Positions 18,975 to 26,780 of a DNA stretch of 64,000 bases are shown in pieces (position 1 is the stretch's first letter; each line of letters begins with the position of its first letter). The stretch comes from Eubacteriales bacterium. Its GTDB lineage: Bacteria; Bacillota; Clostridia; Oscillospirales; CAG-272. The translations under genes and the position numbers were made by a program. Under the pieces are notes generated by a model. That model was not told the DNA's origin and made no database searches. It saw nothing but the letters and a program-made list of their open reading frames with translations. The stretch lies in contig JBGVPD010000014.1 in the NCBI GenBank assembly GCA_045126815.1, positions 220-64,219 of the forward strand. Reading direction: 5' to 3'.

Positions 18975-20346
18975 TTGCCAATACTTCCTTCGCATATTTT
19001 ATCTGTGCTTCCACAGATTTTACAGATGTTCCGCCCTCGCTTATTCTTTTTTCGACACATGTTCTTAAGTCGATTTCGGAATACAGATCTTCTTCAAATA
19101 CTTCACTGTATTTCTTGTATTCGGAGAGGGGGAAGGTTTCAAGAACCTGATTTTTCTCTATACACTCTGCAACGATACTTCCCGATATCTTGTACGCCTG
19201 TCTAAAGGGCATACCTTTTTTAACGAGGTAATCCGCAAGGTCTGTTGCGTTTATAAACCCTTTTTGAGCCGCTTTAAGCATATTATCGGGTAAAGCTTTC
19301 ATTGTTTCGATCATACCCTTTGTTATGTCAAGGCACATCATTACCGTTTCAACAGAATCAAATACACATTCTTTATCTTCCTGCATATCCTTGTTGTATG
19401 CCAACGGAAGTCCTTTTAATGCGGTAAGGAGTGTCATCAGATCGCCGTAAACTCTGCCTGTTTTACCTCTTACAAGCTCTGCCATATCGGGATTCTTCTT
19501 CTGAGGCATAATTGATGAGCCGGTGGTGTACGAGTCTGAAAGTTCAATAAACTTGAATTCCCAGCTTGACCAGAGTATAAGCTCTTCGGAAAATCTTGAT
19601 AAGTGCATCATAATGAGGGAGATAGCGCTCATAAGTTCAACGCTGAAGTCTCTGTCCGATACTCCGTCGAGGCTGTTCAAAGCTATTCCGTCAAAACCCA
19701 AAAGTTGTGCTTCGTATCTGCGGTCGGTAGCGTAGGTCGTTCCCGCAAGTGCACAACAGCCGATAGGGGAGATGTTCATTCTCTTTCTGCAATCGCGAAG
19801 TCTGTCAACATCGCGTAAAAGCATCATAGCGTAAGCCATAAGATGATGACCGAACGTAATGGGCTGTGCTCTCTGCAAGTGTGTATATCCGGGCATTATA
19901 GCTGATTTATATTCTTCTGCTTTGTTTGTAAATGCTTCGATAAGGTTGTTTGTCTTTTCGATAATTATGTCGGTCTTTGAGCGGAGATACATACGAATAT
20001 CAAGGGCGACCTGATCGTTTCTGCTTCTTGCTGTGTGAAGCTTTTTACCTGCATCGCCTATTCTTTCTGTCAAGACCTGCTCAACAAACATATGAATATC
20101 TTCGCAGTTAGGATCAAAATCAAGAACCCCGTTATCTATGTCGTTTAAAATACCTTCAAGACCGGCGATGATAGCATCAACGTCGCATTTTTCTATAATA
20201 TTGCATTTTAAAAGCATTTTCGCATGAGCTATACTGCCCAAAATGTCTTCGCGGTACATTTTGCAGTCAAATCTTATTGATGAGTTGAAGTCATCGGCGA
20301 GTTTTTCAGTTATACCGCCTGTTCTTCCTGCCCACATTTTTGCCAT
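18967..20346 (-). CDS. argH: argininosuccinate lyase
   Basis: 459 aa with the fumarate-lyase signature GSSIMPQKKNPD. Confidence 0.95.
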   Translation of the reverse strand: MAKMWAGRTGGITEKLADDFNSSIRFDCKMYREDILGSIAHAKMLLKCNIIEKCDVDAIIAGLEGILNDIDNGVLDFDPNCEDIHMFVEQVLTERIGDAGKKLHTARSRNDQVALDIRMYLRSKTDIIIEKTNNLIEAFTNKAEEYKSAIMPGYTHLQRAQPITFGHHLMAYAMMLLRDVDRLRDCRKRMNISPIGCCALAGTTYATDRRYEAQLLGFDGIALNSLDGVSDRDFSVELMSAISLIMMHLSRFSEELILWSSWEFKFIELSDSYTTGSSIMPQKKNPDMAELVRGKTGRVYGDLMTLLTALKGLPLAYNKDMQEDKECVFDSVETVMMCLDITKGMIETMKALPDNMLKAAQKGFINATDLADYLVKKGMPFRQAYKISGSIVAECIEKNQVLETFPLSEYKKYSEVFEEDLYSEIDLRTCVEKRISEGGTSVKSVEAQIKYAKEVLAND

Positions 20347-20381
20347 AGAGATAAATTCACTCCTATCAATTAAAAAAGGGT

Positions 20382-20415
20382 ATAAGGGACTTTCGTTTTT
20401 TCGACAGTCCCTTAT
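20382..20415 (-). terminator. strong hairpin between argG and argH (possible partial terminator or processing/stability element)
   Basis: ATAAGGGACTtTCG-tttttt-CGAcAGTCCCTTAT, followed on the - strand by ACCCTTTTTT. Confidence 0.45.
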
Positions 20416-20432
20416 TGTATATTAATTTAAAA

Positions 20433-21662
20433 TTAGTTTTCTTTGTTCTTCTGGTTAACAAGTGCCTGGATTGTAACGGGGAGACCGAAGAGGTTGATAA
20501 ATCCGTCAGCGTCTTTCTGGTTGTAGTCGCTTTCTCCGAACGTTGCAATTTCTTCGCTATATAATGTGTATGGACTCCATACACCTGCGTTGATCATATT
20601 ACCCTTGTAAAGCTTGAGTTTAACTTTACCTGTAACTTTTTCCTGAGTCTTATCAACAAATGCGCTGAGAGCTTCTCTGAGGGGAGTGAACCACTGACCG
20701 TTGTAAACGAGTTCAGCAAATGTTATTGAAAGTCTCTGTTTTTCGTGAAGTGTCATCTTGTCAAGGCAGATGCTTTCGAGAACGCTGTGAGCCTTGTAAA
20801 GAATTGTACCACCGGGAGTTTCATATACACCGCGGCATTTCATACCAACGAGACGGTTTTCAACGATGTCAATAATACCGATACCGTTTGCTCCGCCGAT
20901 TTCGTTGAGCTTGAGAATGATATTCTTAGCGGACATCTTTTCGCCGTTAAGAGCTACGGGAACACCCTGTTCAAAGTCGAGTGTTACGTATGTGGGTGCA
21001 TCGGGAGCTTTAATAGGAGATACGCCCATTTCAAGGAAGCCGTCTTTTTCGTACTGAGGTTCGTTTCCTGTATCTTCAAGATCCATACCTTCATGAGAAA
21101 GGTGCCAGAGGTTCTTGTCTTTTGAGTAGTTTGTTTCTCTGTTTATCTTAAGAGGAATGTTGTGAGCTTCTGCGTATTCAATTTCTTCTTCACGAGATTT
21201 GATATCCCATTCTCTCCAAGGAGCGATGATAGTCATATCGGGAGCGAAGTGTTTGAATGTAAGTTCAAAACGAACCTGGTCGTTACCCTTACCTGTGCAG
21301 CCGTGGCATACAGCATCAGCGCCTTCTTTGATTGCAATATCAACGAGAGCCTTTGCGATGCAGGGACGAGCGTGGCTTGTTCCGAGGAGGTATTCTTCGT
21401 AAACAGCGCCTGCCTTCATACAGGGAACGATGTAGTTATCAACGTAGTCGTCTGTAATGTCAAGAACGTAAAGCTTTGATGCGCCTGTCTTGAGAGCTTT
21501 TTCTTCAAGACCTTCAAGTTCGTCAGCCTGACCTACGTTTGCTGAAACTGCGATAACTTCGCAGTTGTTGTAATTTTCTTTTAACCACGGAATGATGATC
21601 GATGTATCAAGACCGCCGGAATATGCAAGTACTACTTTTTTGATATCTTTCTTATCTTTCAT
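20433..21662 (-). CDS. argG: argininosuccinate synthase
   Basis: AYSGGLDTS motif is present. ATG 21662 ([17 protein letters not shown]) lies 9 nt after SD AAGGAG. Confidence 0.95.
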   Translation of the reverse strand: MKDKKDIKKVVLAYSGGLDTSIIIPWLKENYNNCEVIAVSANVGQADELEGLEEKALKTGASKLYVLDITDDYVDNYIVPCMKAGAVYEEYLLGTSHARPCIAKALVDIAIKEGADAVCHGCTGKGNDQVRFELTFKHFAPDMTIIAPWREWDIKSREEEIEYAEAHNIPLKINRETNYSKDKNLWHLSHEGMDLEDTGNEPQYEKDGFLEMGVSPIKAPDAPTYVTLDFEQGVPVALNGEKMSAKNIILKLNEIGGANGIGIIDIVENRLVGMKCRGVYETPGGTILYKAHSVLESICLDKMTLHEKQRLSITFAELVYNGQWFTPLREALSAFVDKTQEKVTGKVKLKLYKGNMINAGVWSPYTLYSEEIATFGESDYNQKDADGFINLFGLPVTIQALVNQKNKEN

Positions 21663-21683
21663 AATATATAACTCCTTATTGCG

Positions 21684-21697
21684 TGAATAAATATTCA
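21684..21697. promoter_or_regulatory. ARG box (ArgR/AhrC operator-like palindrome)
   Basis: TGAATAAATATTCA is a perfect TGAAT-N4-ATTCA palindrome. It lies between the predicted arg promoter and the argG SD. Confidence 0.65.
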
Positions 21698-21720
21698 CTT
21701 GAATTCTTGTTTATGCACAC

Positions 21721-21749
21721 ATTATACACAACTTATGCATATTTGTCAA
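21721..21749 (-). promoter_or_regulatory. sigma-A type promoter of the arg operon
   Basis: The - strand reads TTGACA-aatatgcataagttgtg-TATAAT (17-nt spacer containing ATGCATA). Confidence 0.7.
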
Positions 21750-21912
21750 GGGCAAAAATCACATATTTTCTAAATTCATAATTTGTTTACAAAACCGTTG
21801 TGGTAAATGCATAATAATAACCAAAAATGTAAGTAAATAAGCATTATTTTTATTGTTTTTGCTATATTCCCCAAACGTTTTATTGTAAGATAGAAAAAAC
21901 GTGTTTTTTGGC

Positions 21913-21962
21913 TTTATGCATAAAAGTTGTTTTATGCATAAAAATATGAATAAAGTGAATAG
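21913..21962. promoter_or_regulatory. distal cluster of TTTATGCATAAAA direct repeats plus TGAAT half-sites (possible auxiliary ArgR sites)
   Basis: tttatgcataaaag (21913) and tttatgcataaaaa (21930) are 17 nt apart, followed by atgaataaagtgaata. Confidence 0.35.
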
Positions 21963-21982
21963 AATTAAACAATTAATATGCT

Positions 21983-22022
21983 AAAAAACACCAATAGGGA
22001 GACTTTAGAGCTAAAGTCTCCC
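21983..22022 (-). terminator. terminator hairpin after the class IV aminotransferase gene
   Basis: GGGAGACTTTAG-ag-CTAAAGTCTCCC 12-bp stem. The T6 run on the - strand follows only after an 8-nt spacer. Confidence 0.55.
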
Positions 22023-22031
22023 GTATTGTAT

Positions 22032-22871
22032 TTATTTCATATCGTGTTTTTGGAAATAGAGGTCCTGAAGTCTCTTTACAAGTTCGGGGTTCTTTCCGCC
22101 GACAGCTTTACCGTCAATTTCATTTGCGGCAAGAATAACGCTGGTCGTACTGCCTATCATAATTTCATCGGCAGCAAAAAGTTCGTCTAAAGTAAATTCT
22201 CTTTCTTCATAGGGAATATTATTCTCTTGGCAAAGCTCAAGTACGTGCTTTCTCGTAATACTCGGAAGAATAAGATTATCAAGAGGGTGAGTAATAACAA
22301 CGCCGTCTTTTATAATAAATGCAGCCGTATGCGAACCTTCGGTGACGATATTACCTCTATGGAAAATAGCCTCGTCGCAACCTGCCTGTTTTGCAGCTTC
22401 ACTTGCAAGGCAGTTGGGAATAAGGTTAATAGTTTTTATGTTGCAGAAATAAAATCTGTTATCTTCCTGCGTTAAGAGTTTAACCTTTTTTGACTGGTCG
22501 CCTATTTTCTTGGGTATGATGTAAGCAAAAAGGGAAGGCGTCTTATCATCGGGGAATATGTGGTTTCTGTATGCCACTCCTCTTGACATTTGCCAATAAA
22601 GAATAAAATCATTTTCGTCTTTGTCGGCTTTTTCAATAAGAGATAAGAAAATCTGTTCCAATTCTTCTCTTGTTTTGTCTATTTCGATCTTCAAAAGCTT
22701 ACAACTGTTATAGAATCTGTCAAGGTGGTCGTCAAGGTCAACGGGTTTTCTGTTGTGGATAAATGCAACGTCATATACACCGTCGCCAAAGTAAACCGCT
22801 CTGTCTAAAGCAGATACTTTTAATTCTTCAAGCGGAGCTATCTCGCCGTTATAGTAACCAACTTTTTTCAT
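22032..22871 (-). CDS. class IV aminotransferase (D-amino-acid / branched-chain type)
   Basis: 279 aa with the fold-type IV pattern (YFGDGVYD..., ...EGSHTAAFIIKDG...). Confidence 0.8.
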   Translation of the reverse strand: MKKVGYYNGEIAPLEELKVSALDRAVYFGDGVYDVAFIHNRKPVDLDDHLDRFYNSCKLLKIEIDKTREELEQIFLSLIEKADKDENDFILYWQMSRGVAYRNHIFPDDKTPSLFAYIIPKKIGDQSKKVKLLTQEDNRFYFCNIKTINLIPNCLASEAAKQAGCDEAIFHRGNIVTEGSHTAAFIIKDGVVITHPLDNLILPSITRKHVLELCQENNIPYEEREFTLDELFAADEIMIGSTTSVILAANEIDGKAVGGKNPELVKRLQDLYFQKHDMK

Positions 22872-22917
22872 TTTTTATCTATCTCCTTTTATGCTTATTA
22901 AATATATGTAAGTAAAT

Positions 22918-24468
22918 TTAAGAAAAATATTTTCTGTCGAGAGAACGAAGCTGTATCGCTTCGGCAATATGTTTAAGAAGTATCTTGTCGCTGTTGTCGA
23001 GGTCGGCAATAGTGAGAGCAACTCTTAAAATACGGTCATATCCTCTTGCAGACATTCCGAGTTTATCAAATGCGTTTCTGAGAAGAGCATGAGCATCGCT
23101 GTCTAAAACGCAGTATTTCCTTATAAGCGTACTTGTCATATCAGCGTTTGAATATATCGGTTTTCCCGAATACGTTGTTTCGTTTTTGAAACGTTCAACT
23201 GCGCGTTTTCTTGCTTTGTCAACTCTTTCTCTTATTGAATCTGAACTTTCGGCAACGGTCGTGTCCGATAATTCATTGTATGATAAAGATGACACCTCAA
23301 GCTGAATATCAATTCGGTCAATAAGAGGACCGCTTATTTTTGAAATATATTTCTTTATATCTTCAGGTTTGCAAGTGCATTTTTTCGTTGGGTGTCCGTA
23401 ATAACCGCATTTGCAAGGGTTCATAGCGCACACAAGCATAAAGCTTGACGGAAACGTAAAGTGACCTGCTGCCCTTGTTATCGTAATACTTCCGTCTTCA
23501 AGCGGTTGACGCAAAACCTCGGTCGCATTCTTGTTAAATTCGGGCAATTCATCAAGAAACAGTATTCCGTTATGGGCGAGAGAGAGTTCTCCCGGCATAG
23601 GAATACGTCCGCCGCCCGATAGGGCAGCCGCCGACATCGTATGATGTGGTGAACGGAAAGGTCTTTCCACTATAAGCGAATCTGCGGGGAGAGTACCCGA
23701 TATTGAATGTATTTTTGTTGATTCTACTGCTTCATCAAAGGTTATTTTCGGCAGAATGGAAGGTATTCTTTTCGCGAGCATACTTTTACCCGTTCCGGGA
23801 GGACCGATAAGTAAAACGTTATGGTTACCCGCCGCTGCAATCTCAAGTGCTCGTTTAGCCTTTTGTTGACCCTTTACGTCGGAAAAATCCATTTTTGTAT
23901 TATCTCTTTGTTTTTCAAAAATGTTTTGGTCAAAAGTGACGGGGGTAATAAGTTTTTTGCCGTTTAAATGTTCAATAAGTTCACGTATGTTATGAACGGG
24001 GTATGCAGTAATTCCCGAAACCACCGATGCTTCCTTCGCGTTATCGTATGGAACGAATATTTCTTTTTTACCCTTATCTTTGGCGCATAAAGTCATTGAC
24101 AAAACGCCTCTGATGCTTCTGAAATTACCCGACATTGACAATTCGCCTATAAAACACTTATCTTCAAAAGTAAGGCTTTTCTTAACAATTCCGCCGCTGT
24201 GAAGTATAGCCGTTAAGAGCGCCATATCGTACGTTGAGCCCTCTTTTTTCATATCTGCGGGGGCTAAGTTGATAACTATCGCGCTGTCGGGAAAGGTGAA
24301 ACCGCTGTTTTCAATAGCCGCTTGTATTCTTTTTTCAGCTTCTTTTACTGCTGCATCGGGGAGACCTACCATTTCAAAGCAGGGAAGTTTATCTTGCATA
24401 TTACATTCAACGGTTACTTCAAATCCGTCGATGCCCATAATACCCGATGAGTATACAGTAGAAAGCAT
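22918..24468 (-). CDS. comM: YifB/ComM family Mg-chelatase-like AAA+ ATPase
   Basis: 516 aa with Walker A GPPGTGKSMLA, a Lon-protease-like N-domain and a Cys cluster CKCGYYGHPTKKCTC. Confidence 0.9.
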   Translation of the reverse strand: MLSTVYSSGIMGIDGFEVTVECNMQDKLPCFEMVGLPDAAVKEAEKRIQAAIENSGFTFPDSAIVINLAPADMKKEGSTYDMALLTAILHSGGIVKKSLTFEDKCFIGELSMSGNFRSIRGVLSMTLCAKDKGKKEIFVPYDNAKEASVVSGITAYPVHNIRELIEHLNGKKLITPVTFDQNIFEKQRDNTKMDFSDVKGQQKAKRALEIAAAGNHNVLLIGPPGTGKSMLAKRIPSILPKITFDEAVESTKIHSISGTLPADSLIVERPFRSPHHTMSAAALSGGGRIPMPGELSLAHNGILFLDELPEFNKNATEVLRQPLEDGSITITRAAGHFTFPSSFMLVCAMNPCKCGYYGHPTKKCTCKPEDIKKYISKISGPLIDRIDIQLEVSSLSYNELSDTTVAESSDSIRERVDKARKRAVERFKNETTYSGKPIYSNADMTSTLIRKYCVLDSDAHALLRNAFDKLGMSARGYDRILRVALTIADLDNSDKILLKHIAEAIQLRSLDRKYFS

Positions 24469-24620
24469 ATATTTTCACCTCTTAATGTCTATTAAACTAA
24501 ACATAACAATTATATCATATCAAAGTGACTTTTGCAACAATTTTATGTGACGGAATTTAAAAAAACTAATAACAAAAAATTATAAGCCGAATAACAATAT
24601 AACGTAATGAATTTTTGGGG

Positions 24621-24649
24621 TTGTATAAACACAAAAATAGTGATATAAT
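24621..24649 (+). promoter_or_regulatory. candidate promoter of mgtE leader
   Basis: TTGTAT-17 nt-TGaTATAAT (extended -10). Confidence 0.55.
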
Positions 24650-24655
24650 ATAAAA

Positions 24656-24918
24656 AGAATAAAAAATATGAGAGGTGAGAATATGGACGGTAGTAGCGCT
24701 CGAAGTATGGGCTTGGTGTGTATATGTAGTATATGTAGGCTATTTGCCGTCATGTTCTAAGATATACGTGCCATTGTCCGTTACATGAGTATTTCAGAAA
24801 GTTAGAAGATCTTGTGTGTGCGATTGTATTAGACAGTGGTATTTTTATACCTAAATTTAATGTGTAAGATCTTTACTTTCTGAAACTAATATGCATATTA
24901 TAAGGTAAGGAGTAAAGG
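24656..24918 (+). promoter_or_regulatory. mgtE 5' leader of about 260 nt; at best a degenerate M-box, class uncertain
   Basis: AGGTGAG and GCC..CTAAGATATACG partly resemble the M-box elements GGUGAGG and GCUAAAGCUCUACG, but I could not trace the P2 hairpin or the full core. Contains a 9-nt tandem repeat and a long-range 11+8 bp helix (24792-24813 with 24866-24885). Confidence 0.3.
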
Positions 24919-26337
24919 ATGATGGATGAGAAAAATATTATAAACGAAAGCGCTTCTTGTGTTTTGCATCCCGATTATAAATCGGAGATACTTAATATAA
25001 TTCGCAGTAATCTTTCGCCAAAGGTAATGAAAGAAAAAATTCTTGACTATCACGAGAATGATATTGCGATGGCATTTGAATTGCTGAAAAAAGAGGAAAG
25101 AAATAAAATATATACCCTGTTTAGTGCAGATATACTTGCGGGAATTTTTGAATATTGTGAAAGCCGAAATGAATTTATAAGTGAATTGCCTTTAAAAAAG
25201 AGGTCGTCGATACTTTCATCTTTGGATATTTCCGTTGCGGTCGAGTATCTGCGCGAACTTCAAAAAGAAGAGAGAAAAGTTATTATTGATTTTCTGGAAG
25301 AAGATCTAAAGAAGGAAATAAAACTTTTTAACTCCTTTGATGAAGATGAAATAGGCAGTAAAATGACAACGAATTACGTCAGTATAAAAGAGGGACTGAC
25401 AGTAAGACAGGCGATGAGTGAGCTTATTGCTCAGGCTGCTGAAAATGATAACATCTCGAAAATATACGTTACTGATAATGACGATATATTTGTCGGAGCT
25501 ATTGACTTAAAAGATTTGATCATAGCGCGGCAGAATACTGAACTTTCTGATATAATGGTGACGTCATATCCTTACGTTTATGCAAATGAGTTAACCGATG
25601 AATGTATAGAGAGAATAAAGGAATATTCGGAAGACTCGATCCCGGTTCTTGATTCTGACAATAAATTGAAAGGCGTATTGACTTCTCAAGACCTTACCCA
25701 TCTTATTGATGAAGAATTTGGTGATGACTATGCAAAACTTGCAGGTCTGTCGGCAGAAGAGGAGCTGTATGAACCCTTAAAAAAGAGTATAGGCAAACGT
25801 TTGCCGTGGTTAATTATACTTTTGGGATTGGGATTGATAGTATCAACTGTTGTAGGTGCATTTGAGACAGTAGTTGCGCATTTGGCTATAATAGTCAGCT
25901 TTCAATCTCTCATACTCGCTATGGCGGGTAACGTTGGAACACAGTCACTTGCTGTAACTATCCGAGTGTTGATGGATGAAAATTTAAATACGAAACAAAA
26001 ATTATACCATATAGGTAAAGAAGCGCGTATCGGAGTTACCAACGGTATAATATTGGGTATTGTATCTTTTGTTTTGATAGGATTATATCTCGTTATGTTT
26101 AAGAGTCAACCGACAGCCTTTGCCTTTTCCGTTTCGGCTTGTACGGGTATGGCACTGATATTGGCTATATTTCTTTCAAGTATATCGGGAACCGTTATAC
26201 CAATGGTTTTTAAAAGGTTAAATATAGATCCGGCAGTAGCATCGGGGCCGTTGATAACCACAATAAATGACCTTATAGCCGTTATTTCATATTACGGTTT
26301 TGCTTGGGTGTTCTTGATAAAATTCTTATCTTTTTGA
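24919..26337 (+). CDS. mgtE: magnesium transporter MgtE
   Basis: 472 aa with an MgtE N-domain, CBS pair and C-terminal 5-TM domain (...AMAGNVGTQS...). Confidence 0.93.
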   Translation: MMDEKNIINESASCVLHPDYKSEILNIIRSNLSPKVMKEKILDYHENDIAMAFELLKKEERNKIYTLFSADILAGIFEYCESRNEFISELPLKKRSSILSSLDISVAVEYLRELQKEERKVIIDFLEEDLKKEIKLFNSFDEDEIGSKMTTNYVSIKEGLTVRQAMSELIAQAAENDNISKIYVTDNDDIFVGAIDLKDLIIARQNTELSDIMVTSYPYVYANELTDECIERIKEYSEDSIPVLDSDNKLKGVLTSQDLTHLIDEEFGDDYAKLAGLSAEEELYEPLKKSIGKRLPWLIILLGLGLIVSTVVGAFETVVAHLAIIVSFQSLILAMAGNVGTQSLAVTIRVLMDENLNTKQKLYHIGKEARIGVTNGIILGIVSFVLIGLYLVMFKSQPTAFAFSVSACTGMALILAIFLSSISGTVIPMVFKRLNIDPAVASGPLITTINDLIAVISYYGFAWVFLIKFLSF

Positions 26338-26359
26338 TGATTTTTACGAATAAACAACG

Positions 26360-26396
26360 TAAGAGAGTTAGTGTATAAATTACGCTAACTCTCTTA
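26360..26396 (+). terminator. hairpin after mgtE
   Basis: TAAGAGAGTTAG...CTAACTCTCTTA 12-bp stem with a weak T-tract. Confidence 0.5.
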
Positions 26397-26400
26397 TGTA

Positions 26401-26445
26401 TTTAAAAAATTAAAAACCCTTTCAGAATAAAATCTGAAAGGGTTT
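26401..26445 (-). terminator. intrinsic terminator after rpsU (possibly bidirectional)
   Basis: AAACCCTTTCAGA...TCTGAAAGGGTTT with T-rich flanks. Confidence 0.75.
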
Positions 26446-26478
26446 AATTTGTTCAAAGTAAAATGTTTTTTATTTAAA

Positions 26479-26655
26479 TTATTTGAACTTGCGCTTACGA
26501 GCTGCTTCTGATTTCTTTTTGCGTTTTACGCTGGGCTTTTCATAATGTTCTCTCTTGCGGAGTTCAGCAAGAACGCCTGACTTAGCGCACTGTCTCTTAA
26601 ATCTGCGAAGGGCACTGTCAAGAGATTCATTTTCTTTAACTTTGATTTCTGCCAT
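26479..26655 (-). CDS. rpsU: 30S ribosomal protein S21
   Basis: 58-aa ORF, absent from the track. Translation [68 protein letters not shown] upstream. Confidence 0.93.
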   Translation of the reverse strand: MAEIKVKENESLDSALRRFKRQCAKSGVLAELRKREHYEKPSVKRKKKSEAARKRKFK

Positions 26656-26711
26656 TTTGTTTTCCCTCCCTCCATACTATGGAAAAGAGAATGTCACCAT
26701 TCCTAACGAAT

Positions 26712-26740
26712 ATTATACTCTTTTACCTTAAATATGTCAA
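26712..26740 (-). promoter_or_regulatory. sigma-A type promoter of rpsU
   Basis: The - strand reads TTGACA-17 nt-TATAAT. Confidence 0.7.
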
Positions 26741-26780
26741 TAGTTTATTTAGCATTTTTTCTCAAAACTTGCAAATATGT

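Noticed and set aside
24683-24760. Hydrophobic 25-aa sORF in the mgtE leader as a type I toxin.
   Set aside because: I found no convincing antisense promoter or overlapping antisense RNA. The location inside a transporter leader favours a cis-regulatory role or a chance ORF. It is kept only as part of the mgtE-leader finding.
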